NCBI GenBank assembly: GCA_048013815.1
Contig: CM106586.1
Location: forward strand, 11,036,001-11,100,000
Source of the DNA: Setoptus koraiensis
Taxonomy: Eukaryota > Animalia > Arthropoda
DNA: 64,000 bases
Reading direction: 5' to 3'
The translations under genes were made by a program, and so were the position numbers. Position 1 is the first letter of the stretch. Each line of letters opens with the position of its first letter. Below the pieces are notes generated by a model that was not told the origin of the DNA, did not search any database, and was given only the letters and a program-made list of their open reading frames with translations. Shown in pieces: positions 47,792 to 60,100 of the stretch.

Positions 47792-49071
47792 CTATGAGTA
47801 AGCGGCCCACTCGTTCTCAGACAGAAAGATGTCGACCACTTCTTTTATGGCAAGATTTGGTATCAATTGGTCGGACTTTAACGGTTGCCTTGTTATCGGA
47901 TCAAAGTGGCCCACTCTTTGAAGGTGTTCTTCGATGTCTTTCCTGTCATAGGTAATTCCTGATGGAGTAATAACAGGATCTCTCATAACTTCGAAACTTA
48001 TCTTTCCACAAAGATACTCGGGTACATCGCGTGTCTAAGGAATGAAAAACATTAGAAGGAAACGTGTGTGAATGTCAGTCGAGACCATTATGTTGGACAG
48101 AATTAATGAAACGATATTTCTGACGATAGGCTTACCTTCCTTCGAGAATCTAGAGTTGAGAAAATCTTGTTTAATTCGTCGGCATAACTATCACATTGAC
48201 GAACAATATCTATCTCTGAGATGTCTTGTATGTTTTCCTCGGCACCTGATTGTGCTGTCGATGCTGATGGTTGGTTGGTTGTAGAATCCTCTATTTTTTG
48301 GTTGTTTGATTTTAATTCTTTTATTCGCCTCTCTTTGTCTTGTTGAATAAGTTGATTGAGATAAGCCTGCAGTTTCATTTCTTGGTCAATTCCTTTCTCT
48401 TCCAATAGAGACCATTTTTTCTTTTTGAGAAGACGAATCTGATGAGCAATATCATCTCCGAAGTTTAATTTGCGTTCTTTGGCAAGTTCGTAGGCTACGT
48501 TTATATTTTTTTATAGAAATATGTCAGATCGAAAAAGCAGGTAGTAATAATGGTTAGTGACAATGAATCAATCAATTATAGATGGAGAAAACGAACATGT
48601 CAAGAACCTTACCTCTCTGCAAGTGTTTAATCGCCTCGTCGTATGAACTCACTTCCGATAGAGCTTGTCCAAGGAAGAAGTGTGCCTTAATTAGATTCGG
48701 ATCTATATCCAAGGCCCTCCTGCAATCCTGTATGGCTTGATGCCATTGTTGTAATTTTAAGTGACAGAGTGCCCTGTTAGAGAAAAATGTTGGCACGTTT
48801 GGATTACGCATCTTTATGTTGAGGGTGTTGGTATATATAAAAACATACAAATATATTGAGAGGGTGTCAAAAGACATAACATGAGAGGTAAGCATCGTTG
48901 TTATTAAGTTTCAAGTGGGTTTTGGGTAGTTTCTTTTTCTAGATACACATGTGGATAGCTTACAATGGCGCGACTGTAGTAGGTGATAGCTTCCTCAAAT
49001 CTGTGAACTGAGTAGAATTTATTGCCTGTTGATTTGAGATCCAGCGCCGATACTTGATTGTCCCGTTTCAT
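47792..49071 (-). CDS. STUB1: E3 ubiquitin ligase CHIP, 4 exons: 49071-48964, 48811-48613, 48494-48136, 48034-47792
   Basis: TPRs (LKSTGNKFY..., [12 protein letters not shown]..., [10 protein letters not shown]), a helical linker ([18 protein letters not shown]) and a U-box ([46 protein letters not shown]). GT-AG introns are frame-consistent. Confidence 0.96.
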
Positions 49072-49712
49072 GGTTTGATCCGAATCTGGTGATGCGGATT
49101 GTTCCGCACCGTTATCACCAATTACGTTACCAATAATGGATGACGTTTTAATCCAATCGAGGTGCAAGGGTCCAATTGAGTCAGTGTTGTATTTGTGTTA
49201 TATTTTTAATAACAGTTGGATCGACGACACAATAATAATGTCACACAAATGACAATCATGGGCCATGTATCATCATCGTGTTTTCGGATTGCAATACACT
49301 AATTGATCGTCAACAACAATAATAACATCAACAATAAAAATGGATAATGCACGATTGTAACGCAGAGACATTGTCACTGAATTTCTCCCTGAAACACTCA
49401 CACGCATGCACGCAAAATGATGAGATTTGGCTGAGTTGTGAGCGGCAACTGTCGGGCCGTTCCGCTGCTGGGTTGCATCGGTTAGTGATGCATGTCCGCA
49501 GGACTACAACCCAGCCTTTATTCGCCCAAACCCACCACGCCCGCCCTGTCCCGAAGACGCTGCGGCCCGTTCTCTCTAACAATGCGCATTTTCTAGAACA
49601 TAATCCCCGAGTGTACCGGGTAAAGCTTCAGAATTCGCACAAACATTTCTTTTGCCCAGAAATCTCCACAGAAAACACACTGTTCGTGCCGTGAACTACT
49701 GAGGGCTGCGGT

Positions 49713-50228
49713 ATGGATTCGCCTGTGAACACGTCACGATACCAACTAAATAAAATTGTCCTCGATCTCACAAGGGTTGTCAGGTTTATTTCACAGAAAT
49801 ATTGATGGAGTCAGAAGAGACTGATTTAGGATAAAACACTCGAGATACAGGTGAAACCTGTCGATCTGCAAACTGATATACCCAGCGAAACAGAATTGAT
49901 GAATCTACAGACTGCCGTTAGTGATATGGAAAAAGAGATCAAACGAAGGCGAGACAAACTTGCTTGTCTTGAAGACATGATCAGCACATTTATGGGACAG
50001 TTAGAATGGCAACTTCGCAATGACTTTGAAAGTCATTTTCTACAACATCATCCGCGAAACGAGTCCACGCATCGACCATTATCAGAGGAGTATCTCAAGA
50101 AAATGCAAATCTTCCACAAAGAAATGGAGGATCAATATGCCAAAAATCAAAAAGAATTTGAGCTTCTCGACTTTCAAATTAAAGCTTTATACAGTCGTCT
50201 AGATATACCTGACAAAGATTTAGGATAA
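49713..50228 (+). pseudogene. PRC1: Truncated, internally deleted PRC1/Ase1/MAP65 (fascetto)-like gene fragment
   Basis: The open frame 49830-50228 follows the helix pattern of the PRC1 rod region (IPSETEL...RRR...FM..LE...FE...LSEEYL..MQ...QIKALYSRLDIP, compared with recalled PSLEEL...RR...CME.L...FE...LSLEN...QIRELWDRLQIP). Upstream pieces MDSP...LNKIVLDL and YFTEILMESEE resemble the N-terminal dimerization helices but lie in different frames. It stops far short of a full-length protein. It could be a short functional gene rather than a pseudogene. Confidence 0.6.
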
Positions 50229-50304
50229 AACAATTTTATTTTATTTATTTATATATGGACATATAAATGGAGTGAGTATTTTCTCAGAGGCGCTTTTAAT
50301 ATGA

Positions 50305-51324
50305 TTAAAATAGGATAGGATTTATATTATTGTTATTGGCATCATTACATGAAAATCCTATAGGTCGGTCATTGTTGATCTGATAAAAATGTAGTTGATA
50401 TAGTAGATTTTTAAATAATTCCGGAGTGGCCCAGATTGCTGCAACGGATAAACTGGGCGATTCGGCTATCAGTTTGAATATTTGCTTGTGATGATTGATA
50501 GTTTCAAAGAAGTCCATTGCGTGCAGCTTCTCCTTGTATGTAACGAAGACTGATGTGGATGTTACTCTTTCCAATTTGCTGATTGGGTAAATTCCTTGCA
50601 GTGAGAGAACGAGCTCCAGAAATTTGTTTGAGATGTGGTGGGATACGTTGGTAATATACAATGTGTTGCTTTTGAGTGATTTGTTCTCATGTGTTGCTTC
50701 TGGTTTGGCCCAATCCACTTTAATTTTGCGCTCAAACATTAAATAATCAGTTGGTACGAGGAAGCGTCTGGCCATGGTGGCATCTCGATGTGTGTGATAC
50801 TCAACAATTGCGTGTAGCTTGTCTCGTTGTTGTCCAGTGGGTGGCACAGTTACATGTTTAACGCCAGTGGTTACTTCCTTGAGCGCGTGTTTGATTTGTT
50901 CCGCTGTTACGTGAGGAGGTAGATTGTCAATTGATAATTTGCAGTTGTCGATCGATTCAACGACTCCAATGAATTCCTTTGGTCGAATTTCTTTCTGATC
51001 GAGTAAGTTGATAGCGTTTAGCGCAGCGGCGCGAGTGGTGTATTGAGCAAAACCGAAGCCTCTGTTAAATCCACTGAAGTCCATCATAAGTCTAAATTTG
51101 TATACTGGTCCAGCCTGTTCAAACAGGGGTAGCAATTCATCTTCGAATATGTCCCTGGGAATTCTGCCAATAAAAACTTCTGTGCCTTTACCAAAATCGC
51201 AATCTTCGCCCATGTCTTTGAGGGTGTAGACAATTCGTTGGCCATTTTCTTTTTTGACTTGCAGGTTTCTTGAGTCAAGGTACGCTTTGGCTTGTTGTTG
51301 CTTGAATTCAATGTTGGCATCCAT
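50305..51324 (-). CDS. RRM RNA-binding protein of the RBM46/DND1/A1CF group, intronless
   Basis: KENGQR pre-RRM motif; RRM1 GTEVFIGRIPRDIFEDELLPLFEQAG.YKFRLMMDFSGFNRGFG; RRM2 ESIDNCKL...ATMARRFLVP...IKVDWAKP; divergent RRM3 starting NTLYITN. First ATG is at 51324. Confidence 0.88.
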   Translation of the reverse strand: MDANIEFKQQQAKAYLDSRNLQVKKENGQRIVYTLKDMGEDCDFGKGTEVFIGRIPRDIFEDELLPLFEQAGPVYKFRLMMDFSGFNRGFGFAQYTTRAAALNAINLLDQKEIRPKEFIGVVESIDNCKLSIDNLPPHVTAEQIKHALKEVTTGVKHVTVPPTGQQRDKLHAIVEYHTHRDATMARRFLVPTDYLMFERKIKVDWAKPEATHENKSLKSNTLYITNVSHHISNKFLELVLSLQGIYPISKLERVTSTSVFVTYKEKLHAMDFFETINHHKQIFKLIAESPSLSVAAIWATPELFKNLLYQLHFYQINNDRPIGFSCNDANNNNINPILF

Positions 51325-52526
51325 AGTTGTGTTTTGATTTCGATGTTGTGTTAGGGCGATAATGGCGATAGTCGATTGTGGCAATAATTCGAGTAGGTAC
51401 AAGTCGGGCAGTTATGAGTTGAGAATGTGATTTTGTTGATAGTTGAAGAGTTGATTGGTGTTGATGGTTGATGGCAATTGTGATGATTGGGATACTGCAA
51501 TGGTACAATTGATGAGTATGACTGATGTGACGGGTGCGATGTGGATGAGTCGAATGGGGCCTGATCGCGAAGTGTCGCTCCTATTTGTAGTGACTCGTGC
51601 CTGACAGTCGAATACAATTGCAGAAAGTGTATCTGTATCTCACCCGTTCACCGTCGGTAGCCTAATCCTCTCCGACTGCGACTCGTCCGACATACTTTGC
51701 GGTGATCACAACAACATTCTTCTACTCGGTGACTTGCAACTTACTTGCTATGTGTCGTCCGCCTGGCTGCCGGGCTGTTGGGTGATTATACAGGCAGCAG
51801 TGTATCACTGAAGCAATTGTTGTTTATCGGTTGTTGCCAGTCGTATCATCATGTAGGTTAACAACAAGAGTTCAGTAGCATTAACAGAGCTTTAACAGAG
51901 CGAAAAAATTGTCGCCTCTTTATCTGTCGCGCTGCTGTGTTGTCTAAGCCCTCGAGACGACGACTCACTGAAGGCGCCATGAGGGGAAGGCGCGCACACA
52001 CACGCACGCACTCATTTGGCACAAGAGGCACAATGACAACGCAATCCTGTGTGCTGAGTGATTAGTGCGCGCCAAGCCTGACAATTGTTGATCACATACA
52101 GCACAGCGCTCAATAGTGAGCACTTTCTTAATATCAAACGTTGATATTAAGAAAGTGCGTTGATAATTGGCCAGTTGCAACAACTTTCGCCCCGCTTTCA
52201 AGCTGCAATTTATTGATTCTTGTTGATTGTTATTATACGTTGTTGATCGTCATTTATTTCTATCGTATATCAACGAAACTCAACATTCAACAACAGCAAC
52301 AACCAGCTCAGCTTGCAGGGACTCAGAGGCACCAGTCCAGTTGATCGCGTGTTCAACTTACAGGCGCCAGTTCACTTGTGAGCGTCGAACGGATAGGCGC
52401 CAGTCGTGTTGTTTGCATCGAGATTCATGCTAAATTGAACTGGGCAAAATATAAGAACAATCGACTGTACAATTGTGTCGACGCAGTTTATAGTTGTGTT
52501 TCACAGAGCTGCCAATTGCCAGCCAA

Positions 52527-55431
52527 CTAATACTGGTGGTGCTGGTAGATCACGTTGTCGCCGTCGCAACCACCACCGGCCAAAAGATTGTAATGGGGAA
52601 CTTGTTGCACCTCACCGCTAGCACCGACGCCACCGACGCCGACGCCAGCGCCGGTATTTGCGCCGAGGCCGCCATGTTGACACGGGTCCAAATAGGAAAC
52701 TAGCACGTCGCCGTTGGGTGAATGTTGGTGATGATTGCAAAAGGTGACAGTGTGCGGATAGCGTAATGTAAGACTTTGATGATTTGATGTATAGGGCGCA
52801 ACACTGGTATTGTTGCTACTGGCCACTGTTATTGACGTTGCCAAGCTATTTGTGTCATGCTGGCTACTGTTAATGGTGCTGACATTATGATTGGTATTAA
52901 TAGTGCTGCTATCATTGCCGCTGTCTAATCCGGTGTCCAGCGACACGGGCATAAAATAGTCGCCGCTCCCGTTTAATCCATCAATATTTGATGGCGGCCT
53001 CAATGTGTGAACAAATTGTCTTTTATTAGGGACCTGTTTGGTCCTCTTAAACGAACAGTATTGTTTACTGCGCAAGTTACTTGTGTCAAATCCATCGTCG
53101 TCGTCAGTTTGATCGTCACAATATTCTCCACAAGAGAAATGATCCGAACAACTATCCAGTTTGTGCGATTGGCTTTCCGCAAACTTATTCTTATTTTGTT
53201 GCTTGCTTAGTCCCGAGCTGAACCACCTCAGCGAAGAGCGACACTCGTTGGCCTCTCGTCCGCCTGCCTTCTTATTGTTGCCACCCGACTTTAGATTGCA
53301 TAACTCGTGGCCACCGCCGCCCAACTTTGCAGGCTTATTGCCGGCTCTCCCCCTGTCACCCTGAGACTTGTTGCCGCTACTGCTGGCCAACTTGCTTGCA
53401 ATTCCAATAAATATAATTAGAGAACACGCGACTACACCAAAGATCCACTTGCCTCGAACTATCGAAGAGCCCAAAAAGAACGGTTAGAACGAGAGGAGAC
53501 GATTAGAATATTAGTCAGGAGACCATCAATCAGCGAGCTAATCAGGACGATGCCAACCGACGCCATGGGTGCACCATGGAGGAAAGTGTGACTCACCCAT
53601 CGAGACTATTCTTTGAAAATCTGTTTCTTTTGCAGAGGGACCCCTCTCTTTCGTATTGGAAGCAGCGCTCTCTTCGGCAAAGAGAAACTTTGTGTTCTCC
53701 ATCCACCAGTCGGATAGCCATGTAAAAAAATTTGGATTTTTCCGACCCTCGGACGCTCTATACTTGTTGATGTTTTTCATGTTGTTGGTGCTGCCGCTAT
53801 TTACAATCAAATCGTCCACTGTCGTGTACCTGGGCGATGAATCGCTAGAATGACTTGTTGTCGTGAGATTCGCGGACAAATTTATCACAGAATTCTGATC
53901 AAAACGACTGGCTGCCGCAATATAGTTATTGAGAACATTGTCGCTGTGTCTGGTGGCACTATCACCGATGGAATTCATTTGTATCTCTATGTCACTCACA
54001 GGACCTCCTAATTCATTTGATGGAACCCCACCACCTAGCCCCAGGCCATCAAGATGAGGTTCCACCGTTTCCGAATTTTTGGGATCAATAGTTTTATTCT
54101 GCTGTGACCTCGTTTGATGTTGCAGGATATTTTCAGATGAACTAATTGGAGCTTGAGTATTACTAGCCGAGGCCGGGGTATTTTCTTTGCTCGGGACAAC
54201 ATTGATACCACTCGCTTTGGTGGCCGGAAATTGTGCTTGGTTATTAGTGTCGGAGCCTCCGATTTTTATGGAGGGTCTTGGAGCAGACTGGACATGGAGC
54301 AGATGAGCTTTCTTCATGACTATCTCTGGCACGCAATTATAAACAATTTTTGCATACTTAACAACATTGGTTGGACAGTAAGTATTTCCCAAGAAATCTG
54401 AAGTAACAGCAAGTTTGCATTCTTTTTGTGCATGGCACAACTTAACCACCCTTTCTGTCACAAATCCACTGTTGCACTTCGGACTATTTGTCATGTTCCT
54501 CTGGTGCATACCCTCGTGACAATGATTCAATGTGCCTTCGCCAAGAGATCCAAAACGGGCCTCAAGTATGACCAGTCTTTGATCACCTGCACAGAATAAA
54601 TTCAACATGCCATTCTCGCATTGATATTTATGCTCAAATCGACCTGGATTTGTTGGTACACGGGATAAAATAATGGAAATTTAGTCATCTTGTTATCAAT
54701 TTCAGGATAAAAATTTATTACTGACTGTATCAGTGACCTAGTTCGTAAGTATGATACTAGGGATAAATTTACCTGGTCTACACTTGTAGGTCACCTCAGC
54801 AAGCTTTCTATCACCCTGACATAAATTATTATCTATTGCCAACGATTCCGGGGTAAGTTCTACACTACAACTGTTCTTTCCTTGGCAATTCGTATGCAAT
54901 CTTTTTCCTAATCCGACCTGATGTACCATTGAAGCACGAAAAAGAGTTCATTTGTTAATTATTGGACAAAAAACATGGAGAATGTTACCAAGAATGTCTT
55001 GTTAAAGATTTTATAAATCACCTTAAGTGTTTGGATAGCCTGTTCATCGCAAGGAATACTTGTGGCGTCTTTCATTTGCAGTAGCGAATTATTGTTGGAT
55101 TTTTGGGTCGCCGGAGGACAAACATATTGCTGGCCCATTGTGCCATTCCCGATGCTCTCTTTGTTGGTTACAGTTGTCAAAGGGCTTTTAACGGGGGCAT
55201 AATGCAAGGAATTGATGTGAATTGATAGGTTGGCCGGACATTCCATCTTCATAGACTCTCCTTCGCAAGCAGCCTGCTGAAACGTATGCAAAACAGCGCT
55301 CAACAATTCTGGAAATATTTGATAGAGAAAAAAAAGACGTCGGTCAGTGAGAATTGTTAAAGAATAAGTTGAAAATTGTAAATTGTATGGGGGCAAAAGT
55401 TATCACCAGCTTCCGAGAGCAGTATTGGCAT
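52527..55431 (-). CDS. eva-1: Protein eva-1 homolog (two SUEL/galactose-rhamnose lectin domains, single-pass TM); exons 55308-55022, 54917-54773, 54643-53597, 53458-52527, plus an uncertain first exon 55431-55407
   Basis: LLSAVLHTFQQAACEGESMKMECP, CQGKNSCSV...EVTYKCRP|GRFEHKYQCENGMLNLFC...ILEARFG and CHAQKECKL...YAKIVYNCVP; TM WIFGVVACSLIIFIGIASKL. GT-AG junctions are frame-consistent. The signal-peptide exon was not resolved. Confidence 0.82.
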
Positions 55432-55767
55432 TAAAAGAGCCGATATAAGAGAATTAAACTTAGATTTCTTGTATGTTGATAATCAATTAGTATTAGTATG
55501 TATCTTTTTTATTGCACATTATTAGATGGACTCTAAATTGATTTTTTGGCAGTTTAACGATGTAATGTGGTGCAAGTTATGTTAAATGTCATGTGAATCG
55601 TTTTCTGTGACTTTAAGATAAATTTTGTAACATGATTCAAGTAGTAGTTAATGTATCTGAAAAAAGAGTCTTCTTGTTAGTTAATCAACAGAGGTGATTT
55701 AGTTAAAATCTACATGTACCAATAAAAAATTGGCAGTTTTGCATGGTCCGTCTAGATAAAACATCCA

Positions 55768-57126
55768 TCATTTGGCATGAGCCATCTTGGTCAAAATAGG
55801 AATTATCTGATCAAACGTGGGCCTCTTGCCGGGTTCCTCGTTCATACAAATTCTCGTAAGTCTTGCCATGTGATTTGAGATTCCGGGAGGTATGGAAACC
55901 CTCAGATCCTCCAATGCAATCTTCATACCTATCTCTATAGCTGACATACTAGAGAATGGTACTTGTCTAGTGGCTAACTCCCATAAGAGTATTGCGAAGC
56001 TCCACATGTTCGCCGCCCTGACATTTATTTCTGATTCTTTTTTCTGCAACGCTTCAGGTGCCATCCATGCTGGCTGATAGACTTTATTTATTTCTTGAAA
56101 AGAAAACTTTGCGTCTGCCATATTGATTCTGGCAGTAAGATCCTCGTCGATAAGAACGTGGAAACTATTCAAATATAATCTCGGTATCAATGGGTCTAGA
56201 GAATGCAAAAACGCCATTCCTCTAGCGATATCTAAGGCAAACTTGAGCGCTTGTTGAGTGTCAACGACTATCGATTTGCTTTCATGTAGAACGTTGTATA
56301 GAGATCCAATGGGTAGATGCTGATTTACCACCAACAAGTTGGGCGGTTGATTGCAACAACCAATCACGGGCAACACGTTCGGATGCGAAAATATTCGCAA
56401 TTTTGGATATTCTTCACTAAAGTCTCTCGAAATTCTTGGTGTACATTCGGGACCGTAGTTGAGGAATTTTGCACAAATATCAATATTATTCCAAGTGCCT
56501 TTCCATGTTTCACCACTGGGTGTAATAGCAAGCTTGACTTGTAAATTGAGATCTTGCATATTGATACCAGCATGCCTAGACAGTGTTGCGTCTCTTGTGC
56601 GGAGTTTTATTCCGTACTGGCCAGCATCTCTGTAAGATACTTTATGGCCGAGGTCTTGATTAGAGGCAGTAGCAAGCTCAGTGAGACTAGTGATTAAGTG
56701 ACCTCGGCACTTGTCCAATGGCGTCTCTCCATTTTTATTGGCAACATTAACTTGTGCTCCAGAGGCCACTAATTCCTCAGCGATTTGTTGGTAGCCCCAA
56801 AAGCAAGCGTAATGTAAAGGCGTATTGCCGTGTTCATTGAGGGCATTTACATCGGCCTTGTTGCGTAGCAATAGTATCACACAGTCTCTGTGGCCATGGG
56901 AGGCCGCTAGATGTAGAGCAGTGTCATCGCCCATGTTGGAGGCGTTTATTCTGGCACCTCGATTAAGTAGCATCTCTACAATGGTGGTGCGACCTGCGAA
57001 ACAGGCCCAATGTAGGGGACTGAAGCCATGATCATCGCCTTGGTTCATGTCATTGGTGGTGTCATCTAACCACACACGCACTTGGAAACTGTTGCCCTCT
57101 CGGCACCAGTGGAATATATCCTCCAT
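55768..57126 (-). CDS. ILK: Integrin-linked protein kinase (ankyrin repeats + pseudokinase), intronless
   Basis: [85 protein letters not shown] and [11 protein letters not shown]. Confidence 0.99.
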   Translation of the reverse strand: MEDIFHWCREGNSFQVRVWLDDTTNDMNQGDDHGFSPLHWACFAGRTTIVEMLLNRGARINASNMGDDTALHLAASHGHRDCVILLLRNKADVNALNEHGNTPLHYACFWGYQQIAEELVASGAQVNVANKNGETPLDKCRGHLITSLTELATASNQDLGHKVSYRDAGQYGIKLRTRDATLSRHAGINMQDLNLQVKLAITPSGETWKGTWNNIDICAKFLNYGPECTPRISRDFSEEYPKLRIFSHPNVLPVIGCCNQPPNLLVVNQHLPIGSLYNVLHESKSIVVDTQQALKFALDIARGMAFLHSLDPLIPRLYLNSFHVLIDEDLTARINMADAKFSFQEINKVYQPAWMAPEALQKKESEINVRAANMWSFAILLWELATRQVPFSSMSAIEIGMKIALEDLRVSIPPGISNHMARLTRICMNEEPGKRPTFDQIIPILTKMAHAK

Positions 57127-60100
57127 ATTTTGGCTTGTAAATATTCAATTTGGGTCACTCTTGTTATTGGTTGTAGTAATATAATTTTGTGTGATTGTAT
57201 TGATCACGATCCGCTCTTAGACAAACTTGTATTATCGAATTTTTCTTAATTTCTTTCTCTCCAAATAAACGATGCTCTCTGGCTGTTCGGATGCCCTGAT
57301 ATGCGCTTTTCTCCAATATTGTTGTGAGATTTTCTAATATTGTATGTAAAAAATGGCAACAACAACAATAGCGGTAGCTCGACAACCAAATTGGACACCA
57401 TCTGCTGTTTATAAGCGTCTATTTATTGAAATAGAACAAAATAATAATAATGGTAGCAGTGGCAGCGTAGCGAAGGCATAATTTACTATGTGAATAATAG
57501 CACTGATGCGCTGCGCTAATCAAGTATAAGTTTATCGAACAGTAGACTCAACACTAATGATTTTGCGCTTAGACACACGGGCACACGTTTGAAAGCTGGA
57601 ATAAGTGGCGCACACACAAGTTAAGTCGCAACCATTTATAACTGTGCTTTGACACCAACACTCGTGGGTTGATGGGCACATGCTGTTGTGTGCGTGTAGT
57701 TTAAATAAGCAAATTACAGTGATTAAATCGAGTGCCTTCAGCCGGGCATTCTCGAGGAGGCGCACTCGAGCCCACTGAAGCACAGAATGTGAGCTACCGG
57801 CAAGTGAGCACAAATTGATGCGCCCTCCAGAATTGAAACTTTACAGCTCACAAATTGCGACTTGACATCTCATGTGCCCGCGCTCGGCACAGCGACATCG
57901 TTGGCCACATTTTTTGTTGTTAGCGCCCTGCAGTTGAGTCATAACTTTTGACTCAAAAGTTAAAACAACAAAAAAGAAGCAACAGGAAATGTGCGAGCGA
58001 GCCCGAGTTGGGCTGAGCCGCGCTGAGTTGCCCCCATCCCTCCAATTGAGCTGCGAGATGCACTTGAGTAAATGCAAACAGTTTGAATATGGTATGTAGA
58101 ACAATCGAGACTTAAGTCCTTTTCTTCCATATATGGAGCCAACTGATGTGCGCCGTCTTATTGGGCACTATACTTTTGCATGTTGCCAAAGCGAGCCTGC
58201 CACCCACTCTATATCAACCGCCAACTATTTGGACTCACTATCGAACTATTGTGCAGCAAAAGTTCGATTAGGCGTGCGTACATGAGTGGACCCCAAACGA
58301 TAAGATAGAATTTCATCCGTCGTCGAACTATGTTGCTAACACCAAAGGGTGTGAGCGCACGCGCGAATTATTGTATTCGAATTGTATTTCTCTTCAATCT
58401 AGCGTTCAGATATGATGATTTATTTTGTTTCACAAGTATCACACCTGGCGTACATGAGTTACATAATATAACTGATATTATTGATGCAGCAACAAACGGG
58501 TAACTCCTCAGAGTAGACACTTGCGAGCCGGTCAATCCGGCCGACACCAGCTCAAGCTGGGGGCAACCAGCACACGCTGATCAATCGATCAATAGACGGA
58601 CAAACGTGTCTATTATACCGAGCCGAGCACTGTCAGCCCTCACTGCTAACCGGAATGAGGGACAATGGAATCGTCAAACCATTCAATGGCAACGCACAAC
58701 TGAATGGAAGCGGACGAATAATTACAATTATTCACACATTGCATAGTACCTTATAAGTTATTCAGAATTTATCATCAGAAATTATCATTAGCAAACACCA
58801 GAGTCATGTCGATTTATCGTGACACGCAAGACACACACACACACTCACACACATGTACAACTACACGTCACAATAGTTTAGTTGCAGCTGATACATTCGA
58901 GCACCGACGGGTGCAGAATTTATCTACATATCATCACAACCATGACGTGAACACCAACACACCGAAACACAACCGACTACAACAACCAACTTTACCGAAA
59001 CAACTTGGGCGCATTCAATTGAATTACAACTCCATGTTGTTGCTGGTGTTGTCAGTGGGGCACCCGGTACAGGAAGCATCGGCTCTCGGATGGCGCAAAT
59101 TTGCATCTGCTTTCAACACTTCACCCATCCCACGAGACGCTGAATAGAATAAGCATTGTTGTTTGAGTCAGGCATAGAGTTTCTATTTACTCTCTGCCCT
59201 CTTTATCTTGAACATGGGCAACATTTCAATGTAGTCAACATAATGCAATTTGAACGCGATGACGAGGCGCATCAATCATCATGTAATGGATGGATCATTG
59301 AAGATGAGTCAAAATGAGTCAGCGACCACAATCAACAAGATCTCAACTAAATCTTTCTCCCTCTATATCGCTTATGTAAACTAAGAACGCCACCAAACAA
59401 ACCAAATAAGCAACCCAAGAGGAAGGTGGCGCCCTACAAGCGGCTCTTTTCGGCACGTGCTCTTTGTGTATTTCTGTTAGTCGGTTAGAATGGCGACACT
59501 TTATATATTATGTAACATCCACAGATAACAACAGCGAGAGACTATGCAATACCGGACAGATTCGGGCCAACCAAAGCTATGTTCTATAATTGTACAGTAA
59601 CACCAAGGAGGTATTACTGGTAGCCGTGCACCAACTGTGCAACCAGAACAAACAACCTTTTGATGAAGTGAGTCGTTGTTGTTGTTTCTACTTTCGCTAA
59701 ATCAACAACATCCACGCATTGACGATAGCAGAGCAAAATGCTACGTTCTTATCGTAACGTACCATGTCTATGTTGGTCCACCGTGACTGCTATGCCCGAA
59801 AGCCAAATGGTCAGCATTCAACTCGACGCACACAATATCATACATCGTGTATGGTACATGTATTCGGTATTCGGCGCTTGTATATACCTAGTCTGAACTT
59901 GGCCTGTGGAATATTTACTGTTGGCCGAATGGTCAGCTGCTTCTACAGAATGGACGACATTTGTATTTGCTGAGTCGGGGTTCCAGAAAATGATGGATAA
60001 GGCGACGTCGTTGTTTCGGGTATAACTCACGACCAAATCGTCATGTCTAAACCATGGCAGATCAGATGCATCAACTTTGGCCGATCACGGTCATTCAACC

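Noticed and set aside
59051-59080. VVSGAPGTGS, resembling a P-loop
   Set aside because: Lacks the invariant Lys, has no ATG start and lies in a short frame.
59764-59973. FG...FYRMDDICI, resembling a reverse-transcriptase YxDD motif
   Set aside because: The Y-x-D-D spacing is wrong, the intervening residues do not match RT motifs, and no LTR or other pol remnants lie nearby.
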